A stretch of 64,000 bases of DNA, taken from assembly GCA_964016885.1 (NCBI GenBank), contig OZ024741.1:115320001-115384000 (forward strand). The letters are read 5' to 3'. Origin of the DNA: Eledone cirrhosa (taxonomy: Eukaryota). Made by a program: the position numbers and the translations under genes. Positions 57,671 through 64,000 of this stretch are shown here, one piece after another. Position 1 is the first letter of the stretch. Each line of letters opens with the position of its first letter. The notes below the pieces were generated by a model. It searched no databases. It had not been told where the DNA came from and saw only the letters and a list, made by a program, of their open reading frames with translations.

Positions 57671-58379
57671 TTACCTTGAGGTATAACCAGTCAGTAGTTC
57701 CTTCAAAGGCTCTTGCGGTTCCGTAAGAGGGGGAACGGTGACCTTACCGTTTAAGCAGCACATTGCAGGTGGCTCCCCAGCCCACTTTGTAGCATTGCAG
57801 AATTGGCAATTGAAGCGCATCTCGCCTATATTTATGTCAGAGCGCATCGAGTAATTAACGTTTTGCTCATACTTGAAAGCCCGTAGGTGCCAGTAAGGGC
57901 TGTTGGGGCTCGTCACACCGCGTGCAGCCTCTCGCCGTTGACTGTTACGCTTGAACGTAGAACATTGGTCGTGTAGTTGGTGGGAAGGTCTGGCAGCAAT
58001 AGCAGAAGCAACATTTGCAATGCTAATGGACCGCCCGTCTGCATCTTCAGAAGCCATGGAAGTAGTCATAGCCGCAGCGTTCGTAGGAAGGCCAGCCGTC
58101 CGTTGTTTTAAACGTTCCAAAGACCTGGAAGCAGCATTAGTCGCATCGTTTCTAGCCAGGCGCTTCGACCTTTGTTCACGGCTCTCTGAAGCCCTGGAAG
58201 AAGCCTGGTATGAAGCCATTTTGGCTAGGCGTGCGGTGCGCTGTTGGAAACTTTCAGCGGCTCGACATTCTGCTGAACGTAAGGCTGTCTGTGAAAGAGG
58301 ACTCGTTTGCTATAGTAGCCTGTTGCCCCACTGCTGACGCGGTATGTCGACTGAGGCGACTTCTCTTTTTAGGTGGCAT
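57671..58379 (-). pseudogene. Helitron RepHel N-terminus (basic start, Ala/Arg repeats, zinc motif)
   Basis: MPPKKRSR; CQFCNATKWAGEPPAMCCLNGKV..PQEPLKELL. Confidence 0.8.
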
Positions 58380-58764
58380 TTTATGTCCAAAAGAAAGGGT
58401 GAAAGTTACTTCTACATAAATATTGACTTTGAAAGTCTACTGTCTGGTTATGAATATTGTTATTGTTGTTGTGATACAAATGTTAGTAAGTAAATGGGTA
58501 TCGAAAAATAAAGGGTGAAAGTTACTTCAACATAAAAAATTGACTTTGAAAGTATAAGGCTGATAATTGAATGTAAAAAGATTGATAAGAAAGGCCCCCC
58601 AAAAAAATTTACAGGTATTTGTATGTATGTGTGTATTTTTATGTCGAAAAGAAAGGGTTAAAGTTACTTCTACAGACAAATTTAGTTTGAAAGTGTAAGG
58701 CCGATGTGTGTGTAAATTAAGTGACAGGTATTTGTATGTATGTGTGTATATGTATGTATGTGTG

Positions 58765-58796
<32 letters not shown>

Positions 58797-58802
58797 TGTA
58801 TG

Positions 58803-58829
<27 letters not shown>

Positions 58830-58833
<4 letters not shown>

Positions 58834-59412
58834 CATGTATCCCAGTACAACCTGTCTCATGGTCGGGTCGTTGGCGACTAAACTGGCAACCCCACCAAGG
58901 TTTCTTGGTGAGGAGGGTGACTTTGGACATCCTGCAGGACTAAAAACAAAACCTGTCAAAGGGCAAAGGAGCTCTTAAGAGTCAATGGCCATCCAAAATC
59001 ACTGGGAGAGATGACCCCTTAGCCTTTGTCAAGGCAGAATTCTAGGAGAAGGAAAACTCTGATATAACACCTGCAACCCTGATGGTATCCAATGATGTTG
59101 ACTTGTTCTTCTTTTTGGAAAATATCATCTTGGTTAAGAGAGTGGGACTGGCTTTGTGCAGTGCCGTTGCTCACTATAAATGCTTCACGGCACAGGCATT
59201 GCTTTGTATCTGGAGATCTCTCTGCACTTGTCGTCACATGGTACCAAAGGTAAAGCACTATGTGTCAATAATTGTCACAAGTGTAGTGTTTGTACCAGAG
59301 TTTTCAAGTCGCTGGCTGGACTAAAAAGTCACACTCGTTCAGCGCATCGGTAGGGGTTCTCCTACATGGATATAAAGTAGTGGCCGTACTCGAATACGAG
59401 TTGGCAGCCACC
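58830..59412 (+). mobile_element. RTE-derived non-autonomous element, slightly 5'-truncated
   Basis: Copy of 46122-46686, inserted in a (TATG)n run inside the Helitron. Confidence 0.85.
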
Positions 59413-60255
59413 ATGTATGTATGTATTAAAGGTTGAAAGTTACTTCAACATAAAAATTGACTTTGAAAGTATAAGGCTGATAATTGAATGTAAAAAGATT
59501 GATAAGAAAGGCCCCAAAAAAAACTTTACAGGTCTTTGTATGTATGTGTGTATTTTTATGTCGAAAATAAAGGGTTAAAATTACTTATACAGAAAAATAT
59601 AGTTTGAAAGTGTAAGGCCGATTGAAAAACTTACAGTTTAGTAAATGAAAATCAGCTTCGAAATGGAGTTTGAACGCGCTAATACAAACACACACATATA
59701 TCCGTCTTTTAGTGTGTCTGTTTGTTTCTCTCTCCCTCTTTATCATTATATCCCTCTTTATCATTATATGCTATTGTTATTTCTAAAACAAACTGTGTAT
59801 GCGTTGATTGATTGAAATTCCCGCGTTCCTGTTTCTATGACGTCAATCATAACCATACCAACATATATGTGTGTGTATGCACCCACATATATGTGTGTAT
59901 ATGGGTTTTTTTCAATGTTTCTCTTTTTCACAAACACTTATAAGACAAGGTAGCAATTTTAAGGGGAGGTGATGAAGGGAGTAGATATAGGAAACGTATA
60001 TCATATGAGAGAGGAGAAATCATCGATTGTTGAAATAAATCGATTTTTCCGTAATTGTGGAATTTTTTACCCAATAAGTTCGCCCATGACCCAAGTTAGA
60101 ATATTTGTAAACATTCTGCTTAATTATTCATTCAATATTTTTGGAATTGTGTAAATGTATAAAATTGAAACATAGATACAGACACAAAAATCTTCCGTTT
60201 ATAGATAATGATAACATGGATATATATGTATATATATAATATGTATATATATATG

Positions 60256-60290
<35 letters not shown>

Positions 60291-60301
60291 GTATATATAT
60301 G

Positions 60302-60855
60302 TAGGTAAATCTACCAAGAGTTTACGGTAGTGTCCAATCCGTATGAAGAACTCAATGTAATCCGGATATCATGGAAAGAAGAGATGCAATGAAAAATCAC
60401 TTTCGGTGAAAGATAAACGGAATACAGAGTCAAGATAAAATATTAAAAAAATAATGAATAAAACAATGAAACAGTTCCTTATATTAAACCAAAAAAGTTC
60501 ATTATTTAACGATCGTTTCTGGGATATATATGTGTTTGAATTGGCATGTATATTTAACAGATCTATGTACAAAATTATACAAAATTATACAAACTATCAA
60601 AATTAAATATACATACCAACTCATATATATGCCGTCTTCAGAAATAATATTTCTGAAGACGGCATATATATGAGTTGGTATGTATATTTAATTTTGATAG
60701 TTTGTATAATTTTGTATAATTTTGTACATAGATCTGTTAAATATACATGCCAATTCAAACACATATATATCCCAGAAACGATCGTTAAATAATGAACTTT
60801 TTTGGTTTAATATAAGGAACTGTTTCATTGTTTTATTCATTATTTTTTTAATATT

Positions 60856-60858
<3 letters not shown>
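60302..60858. mobile_element. Palindromic pLTR pair with back-to-back HHRs (60500-60648 minus; 60649-60790 plus)
   Basis: ~210-bp arms 60435-60645 / 60649-60858 centred on gaaataatatttc. Confidence 0.9.
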
Positions 60859-60951
<93 letters not shown>

Positions 60952-60986
60952 GTATATATATAATTATATATATGTATATAATTATA

Positions 60987-61083
<97 letters not shown>

Positions 61084-61211
61084 GTATATATATATATGTA
61101 TATATATATAAATACTTAGGTTAATAGGAGTTAGGTATTATATACCCGTGTCCCATTAAGGTATTGGCAGCATAATAATTAGCTCTATGCTTTGGAGCAG
61201 AGCCGTATATA

Positions 61212-62878
<1,667 letters not shown>

Positions 62879-62881
62879 ATA

Positions 62882-63022
<141 letters not shown>

Positions 63023-63025
63023 GTG

Positions 63026-63056
<31 letters not shown>

Positions 63057-63157
63057 CTATATATATATATGTATATATATATGTGTATATATATGTATAT
63101 ATATATATATATGTATATATATATCTATATATATATATGTATATATATATGTATATA

Positions 63158-63210
<53 letters not shown>

Positions 63211-63217
63211 GTATATA

Positions 63218-63300
<83 letters not shown>

Positions 63301-63301
63301 G

Positions 63302-63332
<31 letters not shown>

Positions 63333-63347
63333 GTATATATATGCATA

Positions 63348-63381
<34 letters not shown>

Positions 63382-63383
63382 TA

Positions 63384-63441
<58 letters not shown>

Positions 63442-63448
63442 TATATAT

Positions 63449-64000
63449 ATTCTTATTTTACGTCTCTCATATTATTGTTCTGCACCCCCATGCATTGAAC
63501 CACAAAGTTACTAAGACAAAACCTATATATTTGCTGGCATAGGTAAGCATCTGTATATATATGTTAGTAAATATACTAATTCTTTATAATTATCTCCAAA
63601 TTATATTGTCGAGCCAAAATTGGCCAAAACTGCTATTGTAGTTCATAGTAACAGTCCGGCTGCTGTCTTCTTAACAAACCACTCTTTACTGATTGACATC
63701 GATGTCACGTGATTGATTCTTTTGAATTTGCCACCGACGCAGTAGGCAGTGATTTTTTCAATGGCTTGGAACTTAGTCCACGCTTTGCTTTTTTCCATCC
63801 ACTGAATTATTTTTGTATAAGTTCCCTGTGTCCACGTATTGCCTGGAAACTTAGCTGAGAATAGACTTCCCTGATGACGAAAGGCTTCTCCGTTTCAGAT
63901 ACTAATTAGTTGGAGTGAAATTTTAGTAAGTAAGTTAATTTTTATAATTTTCTTATTTTACGTCTCTCATATTATTGTTCTGCATCCCCATGCATTGAAC
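63449..64000 (+). mobile_element. Head-to-tail ~500-bp HHR-bearing unit; HHR at 63865-63916 has GAAAC>GATAC
   Basis: ttcttattttacgtctctcatattattgttctgca at ~63450 and ~63950; family of 38125-38590. Confidence 0.8.

Larger units (their letters stand above)
56063..60205 (-). mobile_element. Helitron with both termini, Rep domain deleted, RTE derivative nested in the 5' tandem repeats
   Basis: A|TC 5' end at 60205; 3' hairpin cccgagcaacgccggg then CTAG|T at 56063; coding remnants inside. Confidence 0.85.

Noticed and set aside
58395-59622. Spaced direct repeats resembling a CRISPR array or LTR pair
   Set aside because: Tandem subterminal Helitron repeats split by an insertion; no unique spacers, cas genes or LTR features

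Overview
Eukaryotic, AT-rich, repeat-saturated DNA. The SINE and Helitron-type repeats and the (TA)n density point to an octopus or other coleoid genome (inference). No host gene could be supported. The window is a nest of transposons inserted into (TA)n microsatellites. It holds many Penelope-like elements (PLEs): one with a 629-codon uninterrupted RT+GIY-YIG ORF, plus truncated relatives of at least three subtypes. It also holds a near full-length CR1/L2-group LINE with an unusual ORF1, two R4/Dong-like RLE retrotransposon relics, three Helitron derivatives, tRNA-derived SINEs and a ~590-bp non-autonomous RTE derivative. The most striking signal is RNA structure. About 18 type-I hammerhead ribozyme (HHR) motifs from about 11 unrelated families can be folded by eye. 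Three unrelated families share an atypical design: CUGANGA-C, a long imperfect stem II of 50-116 nt, A-GAAAC, a palindromic stem III and a GUU cleavage site. One further family has a compensated U3-A8 core. The RTE derivative starts with a candidate nested double pseudoknot of HDV-like topology. PLE fragments repeatedly begin with fold-back duplications. All folds are manual and untested.
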